A DNA stretch of 64,000 bases, taken from positions 66,092,001 through 66,156,000 of the forward strand of contig OZ024745.1 in assembly GCA_964016885.1 (NCBI GenBank), given 5' to 3'. The DNA comes from Eledone cirrhosa. Its lineage: Eukaryota. This document shows positions 1 through 14,322 of this stretch, one piece after another. The position numbers and the translations under genes were made by a program. Every line of letters starts with the position of its first letter. Position 1 is the stretch's first letter. Under the pieces are notes generated by a model that was given only the letters and a program-made list of their open reading frames with translations, was not told the DNA's origin and did not search any database.

Positions 1-2254
1 AATTTCTTACTTTCAACAACCTTAACAGAATGTGATAATTATAAAATGATAATGTAGTTGAAACTATTATCTTGATAATAATGTTGGAATTTGTTTCATA
101 TTTCAATTAGAAACACAAATAAAATAAAACTGTAAAGGATCTAAGTGTAGGAAAATTTCATTATTATTTTGAAATAAATAGGAACTTATTGTTAATTCCT
201 TTTAAATTGTTTTTAACAGAAATTTCCTTTCATCTTCAAAGTCAATTGCTTCATTTATTTGTTAGAGCTATCTATGCATACATATACATTTTGCTAATTA
301 TATATCAGTTGGCAAATTAAGTTGTGGTAAATTAAGAGATACAACAGTGCTGAACTAAATACTTTATATACTTTTATATTCCTGTATGTTCTTAGTTCAA
401 AGCCTACCAGGGCTGAAGTTCATTTAAATGACTGTATCTCTGTTTGCATCATTTTCCATTGTGCTTAAATAAAAAGTAAATAATTATTCATCAGTTATGA
501 AGATATTGGAAAAGGAAAAAAATGACCAACTAAATATATTTCAGTATTTATTTTTATCTCTCTGCATGCTGAGATCTTATCCTCTCAGGAGTAACTCTGA
601 CTTCCAAGTAACCTCTGAAGTAAAAAACTGCTTACCAATAATATACTAGTATTATTTATAGATATTTAAGACTTTATTCTATTTATGCAACTTTCTCCAT
701 GTTACAATGGACAGGATTCATTGCCCTGGAAATAATGGTCATTCTATTACTAACTAATTATTCAGGAGAAAGGAATATAAACCATTTTCAATGAAGGAGA
801 TAGAAAAAGTTAGTGAATTTCCCATCAAAACTTACTGCAAAATGGTTATCATTTGTTGAAAGTATTTTCTACTAGTTCTTTGAACTAAACATCTACCTTT
901 ATTGCTCTTTTAATCTGATCAACTTCCAGCATCTTAAATCTCTGAAGTTGTTATTTAGCCCTATGTCAAACGTGGTTAATCATAATTGTCATCAAAAACA
1001 TTTCAAAGGTGACCATTCCAAATTATAAGGGATATATAGGTCTAATTTATACATAGTATCCTTTTTTTTAAATTTAAGCTACTGTAGTATGATTTGAATG
1101 AAGATGTGCATGTTATCTCTTATAGATCAATTGATCACCTAGAAGCCTCTTGTTAGCTTGAACTATTTGATATCATATTGTATGTAGACAAAAAATGAAT
1201 ATGATTCCTAGTGACTCTTCCACATGACTCATACCAATACTGCTGGCATAAAAGTCAAAACTGTTACCAGGTATCTACATTGCTAAATCCAACCTCTAAT
1301 TATATGCCAAAATCTCTATGTTATTACCATCAGTAATTAATATCAGCTTACTCTCATATTTCATTTCATATTCATATACTACACAGCAACTACTGTTATA
1401 TATATCCTATTCTAGTGCAAAATATCTAATTAATTTTTACTCTTATCTGGTAGTTATATCAAGCAACAAATTTGCCACCACCTCATCATCTCCACAATAC
1501 ACACAACCTGTCCATAATAGCTAGGTGAGAAATAAAGACACTCCTTATAGATATGTACCTCCACATTATTTGCAAATCCAAAATTCACAATCCAGAAATT
1601 CTAGATTGGATCAGAGGCAACTGCAGTAAGACCAACAAAAGATATCCCTTGAAGGTATGTCATTGCCATCGATTTTGAGACTTAAACGGGGAAAAAAAAC
1701 TACTGGAATAAAATAATCATGTGTGTAATGGATACGTTTTTTTATGTTACACAAAGTGCAAGTCTTTCATTTAACCCCAGTTTAGCTGGCTTTTCTGGTT
1801 TCTCATCAAATGGATCTCAACCAAGTTGTAATGTCTCATACCCAATATTTCTTAATGCAGATAACTGTTAGAAATACATCTACTATGAAGATGTTTCATA
1901 TGTAACTTGTGGTTTCTCATATTTGAATACTTTAGCAATATCATTGTCATTGATAAACCTTTAACTGTATATCATTTGAGGAGAATTTCCTGGTTAACTT
2001 GCCCGCATATGAATTCTATCCATTTAATAATTTTAGATCATAGTTTCTGTTTAGAATGCTTTATTGCAGCATGTACTGCTACTGTTCATTAATCCACACA
2101 CACTCCATTTCTGACTCGTTTTATAAATCAAGAGTCTACTATCAGTTATATCTAACCACACAAACAAAAATATCTAGTTGTAGAGTGTACTAGAAAAGAT
2201 TTTGGTTTCAAAAAACTATTTATTTCATATCTTTTGACTCATAATTTTAATGTT

Positions 2255-2448
2255 AGACTGCTCAGATAACACACTTTGTGGCATTGAGTTATGGCTCTTT
2301 ACGTTCCAAGTTCAAATCCTGTTGAGGTTAACTTTGCCTTTCATCCTTATGAGTTTGATAAAATAAAGTATCAGTAATGCACTGGGGTCGATTTAATTGC
2401 CTTTCCCTCCAAGATTGTTGGTCTTGTGCCTAAATCAGAAACCATTAT
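2255..2448 (+). mobile_element. tRNA-derived SINE family A, older/longer variant
   Basis: B-box-like GTTCAAATCC, core GTTAACTTTGCCTTTCATCCTTA...GATAAAATAAAGTATCAGTAATGCACTGG, tail GGTCTTGTGCCTAAATCAGAAACCATTAT. Confidence 0.7.
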
Positions 2449-3000
2449 ATTGCACTCATATTATATCACACAAAAAATGATCCCTTTACCAAAATGAATA
2501 AATCGTCACTTATCAGACAATTGTGTATTTTGTTCTATTGTACTTCAAAATCCTCTGCTCCCGAGAACTTTCTTGATTTCTACTCGTTCAACTGTAATTA
2601 TTCAGTTTACCTACTGTCAACTAAGATCTCAAGATATTTCTACCTTTCTACAACTATATAACTCAGGAATATCTTCATTACCTCACAAATATCCAATCTC
2701 CATAACTAACCTGTCAACAACTCAAACAAAACACTAAAATGTCCCTTTTTATCAGAAAAGTAGGTTTTCCTTTTGCTTTATGTATTCTTTTGATATATAA
2801 AAGAAATTCTACTCAGAGGTCGACTGTCATGCATAGCACCACAGCTTTTGCAACTCGAGCTGTAAAAACTATCGCATGTTTTTTTTCTTTTGAATTTCAA
2901 AAAGCAGATTAAAGTAAATAATTTATGAACAAAGAATAGAACAGAAGTAATGATTCTTTTGTAGTCAAGAAGTCCTAAAATTATTATCAAAAATATGTTA

Positions 3001-3161
3001 TAATAATTGTTTCTACTTTTTGGCACAAGGCCAGCAAATACCCAGTGCATTACTGGTACTTTATTTTATCGACCCTGTAAGGATGAAAGGCAAAGTTAAC
3101 CTCGGCAGGATTTGAACTTAGAATGGCGTCCGACCCTCTACCGATACTGCCAATCCCCGCC
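3001..3161 (-). mobile_element. SINE family A, internally deleted copy
   Basis: Reverse complement of the family-A consensus. Flanking direct repeat CAAAAATATG(T/C)TATAATAAT at about 2988-3007 and 3180-3199. Confidence 0.85.
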
Positions 3162-4424
3162 AAATATATGATATATATCCAAAAATATGCTATAATAATA
3201 TCCATTCTTTTCCTATCACCATCAACAATAAAAGTAAAACATTCTAACTGTAAATTGAAACCATATCATAGAATCAGTTTATTATAAATTGACCATTTTC
3301 ATGTCCGATATCTTGGTGCCTGTCACCAGTAAAATAAGACAATGTAAACAGTATATCAACATCAACAAAGTTTTATGCTGGATCAATATTTTCTGAAAGG
3401 AATCCTCAAACTATGCTTGATTACATGATACACTTGTATAATTTCAAAACTGGCTCCTTCCTGGCTGTCTGCTGTTTTGTAATATAATTTATGAAATAAT
3501 TGTTGTGTTCTATATTTATTATATATAGAGAATGATCCCTCAGACTGATGCAGTGATATAATCTGTATATTTATCAGTGGAATATTATCTTAAATCTTTA
3601 CAAGACTAAAGAAAAAAAACACCAGAATTTTTTTATTCCTTATTATTTTACTTTATGTCTATTGTTTTTGTTTGTTTGTTTGTTTGTTTTTTTTTGTGTT
3701 TTTTTGTGTGTGCTTTTTTTTTTTTGTTTCAGTGGCTATGTTGAGTCACTGCCATCATATAAAGATAATTCTTTTACAAAACAAGGATTAATATATTATT
3801 TGTAATTAAAATATCTTAATATTGATTTTCATTGAACAGATACAACCAACTACTGTGGAGAAAAAAGTTTATAAATGAATGAATCCATCCCAGAATAATG
3901 GTACATATTTTATTTAATATAGCAGAAGATAAAAATGAAGTCTAGATTAATTTTGAAATCTAAAGATGTTGGGGTTGAGGTCATACCTAAATCCTGTAAT
4001 GTGTTCCACATTTTCTACTACATTTACCATTCCTAGGCAAAGGAGTGATCATCTATACAGTTACATGACCTACTAGAAATAGTAGCCAAATTTCCCTAAA
4101 AAAAACAAACATTGCATAATGTAGTAAAAACAGGTATGATAATCATGTACCTGCTCAATTAGGGATGACATGGGATAAAACAACAGACAACTGGCCACTC
4201 AAATGATACTTAATATTCATTTCCTTTTACTTGGTAACAATTTTCAAATTTTTTAAGAAATTAGCTACAGCAACAATGAGATAAAACAACTTCAAATAGT
4301 ATTCAAAATTATGCTTTTTTCTCATATGTGCAGGAAATTATAGTTTACCTTACAGCTTTTCTCATTTTCTCATAGGATATATCATTGCCAAATAGTTAAA
4401 ATGTTCCTTTCAAATTATGAAGTT

Positions 4425-4715
4425 CTGTGGCATCTTGAGCAAGTGTCGTCGCCCATAGACTAGATTGACTGAAGCCTTTTGAGTGCAACTAAATTGATAT
4501 AAATTGTATAGAAGTCCATGGGATGAACACTTCTTATAATGTAAATATTCTGCATAATCATAAATTTTGTCATGCTAAATCTCCTTGAGAATTACATGAA
4601 GAGTACACACGTGTCTGTGGAGTACTCAGCCACTTTACACATCATTTTAATGAATACATTGTTCTGTTGCCCAAACAACTGGAACACTCCTTACTGAAAC
4701 TGGCTGAGATCTATT
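4425..4715 (+). mobile_element. Decayed SINE-like fragments
   Basis: GTGGCATCTTGAGCAAGTGTC (CORE-like) followed by a segment that recurs on the minus strand near 9290-9430. Confidence 0.4.
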
Positions 4716-4859
4716 TATATTCTATCTTTATCATAGTGAATATGAGTATCATTAAGATATTCTTCTTCTTCTCCTCCTCGTTATCCTCATCATCATCCTC
4801 CCATCCTCCTCGTCCTCTTCATCATCATCATATTCATCATCCCTCTTCATCCTCTTTTT

Positions 4860-5580
4860 CTTCACTTATTTCTAGGAGGGTTGTGGGGGCCAAGTCTTCA
4901 AGAATACCTTCCAATGTTTCTGGTCAGAAATAGCCATCTCTAATTGATTTGGCTAAATCTCCAAGCAAGACCAGCTGAGCTTGTGGATGTTATTCAACCC
5001 TCTTGCTCGAGGGCAACTACTGGATTTCCTGCTGGTAGGTTGTACATGTAAAATCTGTCCAGCGTTTCTTTTCTGAGACATTCTAACCACATGTCTGTAA
5101 TATCCAAGTTGTGATCTCTCAATTTGGAGATGTATACACTCTAACTATAGAGACTCTATCAAGTAATGTTACTCCAAAGACCCTTATGAGGAACCCTATT
5201 TCAGCTGCTTATATTTTCGGTTGTATTCTTACTGTCATTACCCAATATTGATTATCATAGGTAAGGACTGGCATGAAAACTGAATCAACAAAAGCGAGTT
5301 TGGCTTTTACAACTACCTCCTTTCTTCTATTTACTGAATACTGAAGCTGATGCATGGCTGTACTAACTCCTGCAATTTTTGCATTTAATCCAGACTCCTA
5401 CTTTCCATTAGTTGTGAACATGGCCATAAGATACATGAACTTCTCCACATGCTTCAGTGAAATACTGCTCACATGTAGAGTGCACTGTGCATGATTCTTT
5501 GAGGGGATGAGTGTGTCTTCTCTGTACTGATTTTTATTCCTTCTTATGCAGCGCCCAGCAGCAAACTTATCAAGGTGATG
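4860..5580 (-). mobile_element. RTE-clade LINE 3' remnant (Expander/Rex3-like family)
   Basis: Minus strand is homologous to the C-terminal part of 15690-17330 (CTLHV..I.LKHVEKFMYL; IQAAEIGFL.RVFGVT). Adjacent simple-repeat tract at 4760-4860. Confidence 0.7.
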
Positions 5581-5974
5581 TAAGATACAAACTTTAAATT
5601 AGATGTCATACTTGGTTGTTTTAATATCTGGAAACTCTAATTTCCTGCACTACTAAAATGTTCTAATATCAAAGATCGTCATCATTTAGAAACAATATAT
5701 AAGAATTAGGAGAAAACAATCTTATTAGAAATAACATGTAACTATCTAAATAACATTTTAATAACAGAATATGTAAAGAGTCGTTTGGGTCAAGGGTTTT
5801 TGTCTTGTTATATTGTTATATTTATGCCTTAATTGTAGAAGATCTTGATATTTATGCCTTATGCTAAATTAAATACTGAAAAAGGAGAAAACATCTAAAT
5901 GCTAACAGATCTTTGTCAGTTGAGATAAATGTCAGTTACCAGATATTAAATTTTATTATTTATGAATCATTTCA

Positions 5975-6168
5975 GGGCGGTGGATTGGCAGTATCGGTAG
6001 AGGGTCGGACACCATGCTTACGTGCATTGTGTTATGGCCCTTACTATTCTGAGTTCAAATCCCGCCGAGGTTAACTTTGCCTTTCATCCTTACGGGTCGA
6101 TAAAATAAAGTACCAGTAATACACTGGGGCAATAGCTGGCCTTGTGCCAAAAGTAGAAACAATTATTT
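5975..6168 (+). mobile_element. SINE family A, full length with TSD
   Basis: A-box TGGCAGTATCGGT, B-box GAGTTCAAATCCC. 19-bp TSD ATTATTTATG(A/G)ATCATTTC at 5955-5973 and 6162-6180. Confidence 0.9.
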
Positions 6169-6589
6169 ATGGATCATTTCTTCAAAACACCCTGATGAAT
6201 ATAAGTTTAACATTACTTTTAGTTACTATTCTAACTGAAAATCCATTAGTTATTATTGCTGGTTATTATCACCTGATATCAGAGACATTTCCTACTATTA
6301 TTGACTATGCCTCATTAAATTACTCAGAAGTATTTATTATTCTAGCTACTATGCTCTCAGTGCACCCTCCTCCCCTGCTATATCACTTAGTTTGCAGAAG
6401 CTATCACCCTCTTTTATGGATCCTTCCTGGGATTAGAAAAGCTATATATCACTGGTATACTGACTATCACTTCTCAGATAGGCACTATCATCTTTCATAT
6501 TTATTAACATTCTGGTATTTGCTATGTTTAATCTATGTAGCATTGCTTCTGGTACATAGAGTAACCATGGTATATATGGTCCCATAACT

Positions 6590-6866
6590 CCTGATAGAGT
6601 TGTAGGAGCACCGTATTGACAGACAGCATTTCTTGGTCATTTTAATCCTGGTGAAGCCCATTCTTCTCCAGGCCTGAGTACAGCAGATTTCTTCCAGAGA
6701 AAGGAAGAATTGGCCCCAGTACTAGACTTGTACTTTGTTATTGACCTTGAAAGGATGAAAGGCAAAGTCGACCTCGTCAGGATTTGAACTCAGAGATCAG
6801 AGAACCAGAACAAATATCATAAAGCATTCTATCTGCCATTCTAACAACTCTGCCGATTCATCACCT
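6590..6866 (-). mobile_element. SINE related to family A with a different, longer 3' part
   Basis: Shared core AGGATGAAAGGCAAAGTCGACCTCG...ATTTGAACTCAG at 6750-6795; the 3' segment is unrelated to the family-A tail. Confidence 0.55.
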
Positions 6867-7399
6867 AAACATAGCAATTTCCAAAGTGTAAATAAATATG
6901 AAAGAACATAGGGCCTTGAAGTGTTCCTCTTCTCCTCTTTCATACAAAAGGAAACTGCATATCCTCGAATTTGTCTCTTGTTTTTTAATAAGTTGTGCTA
7001 AACACTTTCTATTACTTTCATAACTAGGTCTAATCATTTAATTCCTCTGTAGTTGCTCCTTTCTTGAGCATCACATTTTCCTTTGTAGTAATTAATGAGT
7101 ATACTGCTGTGCCACGCATTCACTATGATCCTGTCCTGTGTTACCTGATTCACTATTTGGCTGACTGGTTTAACTCTCCTACTTGTTTAGATAGTTTTTT
7201 GCATTTCAGCAACTCAGACAGTTCAGCGACTTTACCATTTTTCCTCTTGTTTATTTGTTTTTTTTACCCAATAATTCTCAATAGCTGGTTCCTCAGTTGC
7301 ATCAGCAGTAGGGTAGTCTTTCTTCTTCTCACCTGTTCTCCACATCCATCAGCCTCACATAGTAGCATTTTCAGGCTTTTTCTTTATATCATCATTGAT

Positions 7400-8550
7400 T
7401 CTAAGTGCACTAATGTCATTTTGAAGACAGTTTTCCTCAACAATATCTTGATTCACAAAGATACACTGCCTTGCGATCTGGAATACCTCACACCTCTGAG
7501 GCTCACATTGTAAAACTTTCTTCAGTCTCTTTTTGAGCTATATATACTTGTGGTTCAGCCTCTCTTTATGGCTCTATCCACTGCATTATTCCACCACCAG
7601 GTCACCCTCTGTCTGATTGGTGCTTTAATCCAGCCACAATTCTCGAAAGTATTCTGTAGTAGGTTGTCACATAGGAACTTTCAATTCTCCTCTTTGCCAA
7701 ATGTATCTAACTCATGTTCCCTCTCATCATATACATCAAGAGCTTTCCTGAAGTTTACTTAATGGAAAGATCTTTTAGCTTCCAAACTGTCCTCCTCCTT
7801 CTAATTTTCTTGTGTTTCTTGTTCTGTCTTGTTCTGTCTCTGATGTTGCCAATAACTAACTCATGTTGGGCATGCATTCTTCTCTGGGGAAGGATTTAAC
7901 ATTTATAATCATCTGTCTGTCTTGTTTTCTAACAAGTATAAAGTCAATATGGCTCAAGTGTTTGCTGGATTGATGAGTGATCAGGTGGCTGGCAGGTTTT
8001 TTGATGTTAGTATGGTTAGTTCATTTGCATCACAGAATTCAAGTAGCCTTATTCTATCTTCATTTCTTGAACTATAAACTTAGCCACCGTATACACATGT
8101 GGAGCAATTATTGCACTGTTCAACATATCCATTGAAGTCACCCACTGGTGGGATGATGAGATCTCTGTCATCTGTAACTGACGTCTGTAAATGTTCCTCA
8201 TAGAAACAGTATTTTTGTTGTTTACTCAGTCCTGCTGTGGTTTATAGGTAGAGATAATTTTCTATGAGTATTCTAAGATTGATAATTCTCTAATTTACTC
8301 TAACTACCTCAATTGCTTTATTTATCCAACTTTGCAGCTAATAGAATGCCTACCCCACCTACTACATCATCATTTCCTACCCAGAAAAGCTTTATCAGCC
8401 TTGTTTGCTATGTGAGTAGTGAACCTGAGGCACCCACCAATCACACCTTTTGAACACAGCATACACCTACTTATTGCCTCTCATGCATCTACACAATTTC
8501 TCTTGATCTACCTTTCATTGTGAGTGGCAAGCCTGAGTTGTGTTACCTGA
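7400..8550 (-). mobile_element. RTE LINE remnant, APE endonuclease region, decayed
   Basis: Minus strand gives GDFNGYV, LLEFCDANEL, IDFILVRK, VTWWWNN motifs shared with the 50307-51230 ORF; many stops. Confidence 0.8.
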
Positions 8551-10497
8551 CAATGGTGATTATGTCCTTTAGTAGTAGTACTTTGTACTTGGAATGGAAT
8601 AAGGGTGTACTCCAATTTGATAACCTTCACTCACAAATTTGGATTAAAGTTTCACACTTGATGATGGACCTCCATAAGATGAAATGACTGAAACAGCTGA
8701 TAACACTACTGTCATTTTATTTGTGGAGCATAGTTGATATATTCTGTTCAACTGGAGATATGAAGATTGTTTAGTTTTTTAACGTTTTGTTATTAATGTC
8801 CCTATATAAAGTTAAGATATATTATTATTTCAAATTAACCAAGTTGAATGACACAAGAGTATCCTTTTTTACTTTCAAAATATTTTTAACATTCTTAATC
8901 ATTGACTATATATGTAACTCTTTCTAGAGTATGTTTAATTGATGATGTAAAGATAAAAATAATAGATAACAGCTCTTAGTGTAGAGGATTCAAGTGTATA
9001 ATAAAAAATACAGTTTTCAACCAAGTATTTCAAAAACTGTATATTCATTACTATGTATGATAAATCCACACCATCTCCAGAATGAAACATTTCAGATAAA
9101 AGGCATTTATGTATTTATTATTTTTCATTAAATTCCAACAATCTTATAATTTCTACTGGTTCTGTTAGTATAAATAAATGAATTATTTATAAAGCATATA
9201 TGTCTTTCACTTTATTGTAAATTTACACAAACAGATGTTTTTCAGGACATTACTAACTTACCAGCAAAAAGTATAGTTAAATAACTAGTGAAACTGGTAC
9301 TTCGTAGTCATAGCATCAGTTGTAAATAGTTGGAATCTGCTTCACCTCAATATAGAATACATGATGCAAATGTACTCAGTGAGTTAATAGCAAGACAAAT
9401 CTAGGGGAGGTGTTCATAGGTATGTTCTCCTGAGAAAACCCCAAGTTTAAATTAAGGATATATTTACACTACACAGTAAACCTAACTTTGTATATTAAAT
9501 TTATGCATGTAAATTTATTTACTATATTTTTATATCCTAGAATGGCCACAGTCTAATGACTGAAGTCGTTTCTATCTACTCTTCCCCCTCTTTCTTTCTC
9601 TCCCTTTCTCCCTCTCACTTTCACTCACCCTCTCTCTGCTAGCCACCTCATTGTTTCCCTCGCCTGACCCTTTAGCAGTTTTTTCTCATTCACACGCGCT
9701 GGGATCAGGCTTATCTTTTCGCTCGTCTGCACAATCTAGAACTTATGTTCAGTAATCATCGTTGGACTTGAATTTTCTCTCTTCAAGTTGCCCGCACACT
9801 CTTCGGTTTGTTGTTTCCCAGGTTTTTTTCGATTTTTTTCGCTGTTTCACTCTTTTCTCTTTTTATCCCTTTTCCCTTCTGTTATCCTATATTTTCTTTC
9901 CCTCCTTCGTTTTCCCAATAACTTACCTAGTTATTGAACGTACTGGGCGTAGATATCTTGTCTTTAATGTGAAGAAATATCTGAGATCCCAAGCAGACAA
10001 CTGATGAGGAAAACTTCACCTGCGCCCCATTCTTGCTTTCTTCTTATTCTTATTTTTAAGCATATATATATACTGGGAGAAGTTTAATATGACTCCAGCA
10101 CTAACTAACACCTTACAGGGTAGAATGTGTGCTTTTGCCAGGACACCAGCACTAGCTCATTACAACCCTAGACTGCTCAGTATTTGTATAATGCTATCTT
10201 GGAGCACTAATACTAATTTCTTTTCAAATTTAAGCCTGGCCGGCTAGTGCTGCATATGCAAATGAGCTTTATCAGCTCAAATACATAGGTGAGAAAACTA
10301 TAAGATTCAAGTTCATTTTCATTTCAGTGGAAAGTTAGTGGATATGCAGCCATGACAAACACCAACCAATGAGAAATTGTTGTTTGCTTCGCCTGCTTTT
10401 TGCTGAGACTAAAGATGTGTGACAGTGGTCACACCTTTGAAAAATTTTATAGTGTAAAGCTGTCAAATGTTGTTCATAACCACCTTATATACAACAC

Positions 10498-11070
<573 letters not shown>

Positions 11071-12909
11071 ATGAATTTATAAATATATTTCACTATAGAC
11101 ACATCTTGTGTGCCATTATAATAGTTATTTCACTTCTTGAATTACATGACTTTTTTTTTCCTTTGTTGCATGATATGGTTGGCATCTCCCATATATTCTT
11201 ATTTCAGAAATTCAATACAATAAACTGCTGCCACTCAAATATCAGATACGCTGTCATTCTAAGACATCTCTCTGACAGAGTAGCTTGCCTTGGGCAGAGA
11301 CCAACAATTCCTATAGACATTTTTCTTGTATTTTTCAATATCACCACTTCAACTACAAAATTGTTTAGCAAGGTCTTCAAAGACAGACAGTTTGTTTAAT
11401 CTTTTGCCAAAATATTTTTTATGAATTACACATTTGTCTTTAATTCCCTGTTCCATTTTTTTGTCATCTATTCATTTATTTATTTATGTATTTATCTATG
11501 TATTTATCTATTTATTTATTGTCATTTCTTTCTTTCATATATTAGGTCACCAACACTCTTTCCATAATCATGAAAATAAAAGAAGAAATCATAAACTAAC
11601 TAGAATATTTTTAAGCACCCACACCTATATACCTTTGATTGTATGTTTGTTCATCTTTCTGCATGTATTTATGTCTGCATGTGGAAAGTGGAGGACATTG
11701 TTCATATATTTATATCGCAATTGATATTTTTCTATTCATTGGTACCTGGTATTCTAATTTTTTCTTGTTAAATTCTGTTTCATTGACACAAATGAAACTG
11801 TGTTTTGTAACTGAAAAAGGCAAAACATTTCCGAATGTTAAAAACAAGAATAATATAATGAGGAGCGAGCAGATACTGCCGAAAGGATGGATGATATAAA
11901 ATATAACCTTTATGCAATTAATTCAAATATGATGAAATTATTCTTTTATTTATTTATTTGTCTGTTTATTCATTTTTGCAGAAAATGCCAATTGGATTCA
12001 TGATTCATACACTATTCATCTGAAGATTATGAATGCTTTTGTTTTGCCTTTTTCATGAAAGCAACATTTCAGTGAACTTAGATCCAATTTTCCAGTCCAG
12101 TTGGTGGGAAGATAGAAATGTTTGAAATAGATCAAGGCTTATATGTCAGGTTGTTTAGAATTCAAATGCTGAGATATTCAATTTGTGTTAATACAGAGAA
12201 ATATGTTATTCAGTTTTCAAGAGTTCTAAAAGGAACCACTTGTTCCTAAATATGATTCACATTTAAACAATTAATAATAGAACATTCAATTGTATGAGAT
12301 AGGGAAACACCAACCATTCTCTGCAATATATTATGACAAAATATTTGTTAAATCATAAACACACATTTCTGCATATATGGCTGGAGATACTTTGAATTAT
12401 ATAGTTCATAAAATATACATATATGTAAACATCTGCTCAGATGCAGATATAAAATATTGGTTTGTAGTTAATAACCTAATTTTAAAAGATAGAATGATAT
12501 ATATATATTGCAAATGTTAAAGATATATGGTTGGAAATTATTTTTTGGCAGTTGTTTTGATTGTGTGGGAACAAGATCAATTACACAATGCAGCAATATA
12601 TAAAAACCACATAATGAGGCAGGTGAAACCTGATGACATCCACCTGCTCTGTACCAGTAATTGTTGTAGGTTTAGTTTTTAATAAAATGGAAGAATTTTT
12701 GGTATAGTTCTGAATGGCATGATTATATTTACTTTGTATCTAGTACTATCTGTATCTGGCAGGTCAGCTTAAGTTTAGGTATTTGGACAATATGTATTTG
12801 AGTTCCTGGACAGTGTTGGTTTGAAGTCACTTTGTTTGCATTTATGTATGGTTGATTAACAGTCTTGGCTATATATATATATATATGTGCCTGTGTGTGT
12901 TAAAACTAT

Positions 12910-14178
12910 CTGGAATGGTGGGTCACACCAAAGTCAAAATGGTGTCATACTCAATGACTGACGTAGCAGCAGCATCATCAACTGCTACAAGTGCAATGGA
13001 GATGCTTCAAACAGAGAAAACTTTAGAAACATTAAGTTAGTTGACCAGGTCATGGAGGTCACAGAATGAGTTATAGCACAGCTGATTAGGTATCAAGTTA
13101 ACCTCTATGAGATGCAGTTTGGATTTGTGTCAGGTAAAAGTACTGCAGATGCCCTTTTCCTTGTGAGGCAACTGCACGGGATGTAATTAGTTAAAATTAA
13201 ACCCCTCTACTTGGCATTTGTTGATGTGGAGAAAGCTTTTGACAGAGTCCTCCATTCCATTAAACCAGTTTCTTGTAAGGCCAGTATAAACCATGTATAG
13301 AGGAACAGTCAGCAAGGTCAGAATAAACAATGACAATAGTGAAGAATTTAGTGTGCAGGTCATTCCATCAAGGCTCAGTTCTTAACCCTCGCCTGTTTAT
13401 TATCATCCATCATGCTGTGACAGAGGAGTTTAAGATTGGCTGCCCATGGAAACCTCTGTATATAGATGATCTAACTCCTATCGCTGAATCTATGGCATGG
13501 AAGCAAGGTCTCAAATCAAAAGGTCTTAAACTTAACTTGTCAAAGACCAAAGTCCTAGTATGAAGAAAGCAAAACAAGGCCCAGATTCCCTCAGGGAAAT
13601 GGCCTTGCTCAGTATGCAGAAATAGAGTATGTAGAAATTCCATGCTATGTTCTAAATACAAACAAGGAGTACACAAGAGATGCAGTGGGATCACAGGCAG
13701 CCTAGCAAAAAATGTAGCTGATGTAGAGGTGCAGTAAGTAGTAAGAACTCATAGGATACTAGCTCCATCACTCCTTTCATACACCTCCCATGTTATAACA
13801 TGTCCTAAAACTCCACCGATGTCTTATCACCCACCCTTCACCCATGTTCCTAGGTCTACCTCCCCAATCCCCATGAACATCCCCCACCCTAGTCTCCAGT
13901 CCACACTTTAAAGTGGTCGTTTTTGTGCCATACCAAAAAGCATCCAATCCACACTGTAAAGTGGTTGTGTAGGTGTCATGACAAAAAACACCTGGTACAA
14001 ACTGTGAATCTGGTTGGCATTAAGAAGAGCATCCAACCATAGAAACCAAGCCAAAATCAGTTCTGTAGTAGCAAGACATGGTCATCTGACCTGTTTTGTC
14101 TTACAATGGGAAAGTTCGTCTAACCCATGTTAATGTGGAAAATGAATGTTAAACAGTGATAATAATGATGATGATGAT
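12910..14178 (+). mobile_element. RTE LINE (family A) 3' remnant
   Basis: MQFGFVSG, LYLAFVDVEKAFDRV, HQGSVLNP, LYIDDL motifs; long 3'UTR ending in (TGA)n. Confidence 0.85.
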
Positions 14179-14265
14179 GTGTGTATGTGTGCAAACAAAG
14201 GAAAAGAGCATTCAGAACCAAATGAGGAGGAGGTTAAATATATGTAGTAAGAGTTAGACTTATTT

Positions 14266-14322
14266 TTGCAATACCATCGGTTTTGCAGGTGCAAGCAAAT
14301 GTATCTAATACATCAGATGCTG
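14266..14322 (-). ncRNA. Decayed type I hammerhead ribozyme motif
   Basis: gcat-CTGATGT-stem II-cAAAA-CCGATGG-TA-ttgc; both core boxes mutated; lies at the 3' end of the decayed PLE. Confidence 0.4.

Noticed and set aside
5975-6070. tRNA gene calls at SINE heads
   Set aside because: A/B boxes are present but there is no cloverleaf; they continue into SINE body, tail and TSD
6144-6587. 147-aa hydrophobic ORF (also 7064-7513)
   Set aside because: Begins in a SINE tail or overlaps antisense LINE sequence; composition is typical of random AT-rich DNA
8655-8705. TTGATGA...GAAACAGCTG as a hammerhead
   Set aside because: No C3, no UH site and no stem I
11972-12060. Acceptor-like TTTTTGCAG followed by a short open frame
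   Set aside because: Stops after about 25 codons, no donor, no recognisable protein
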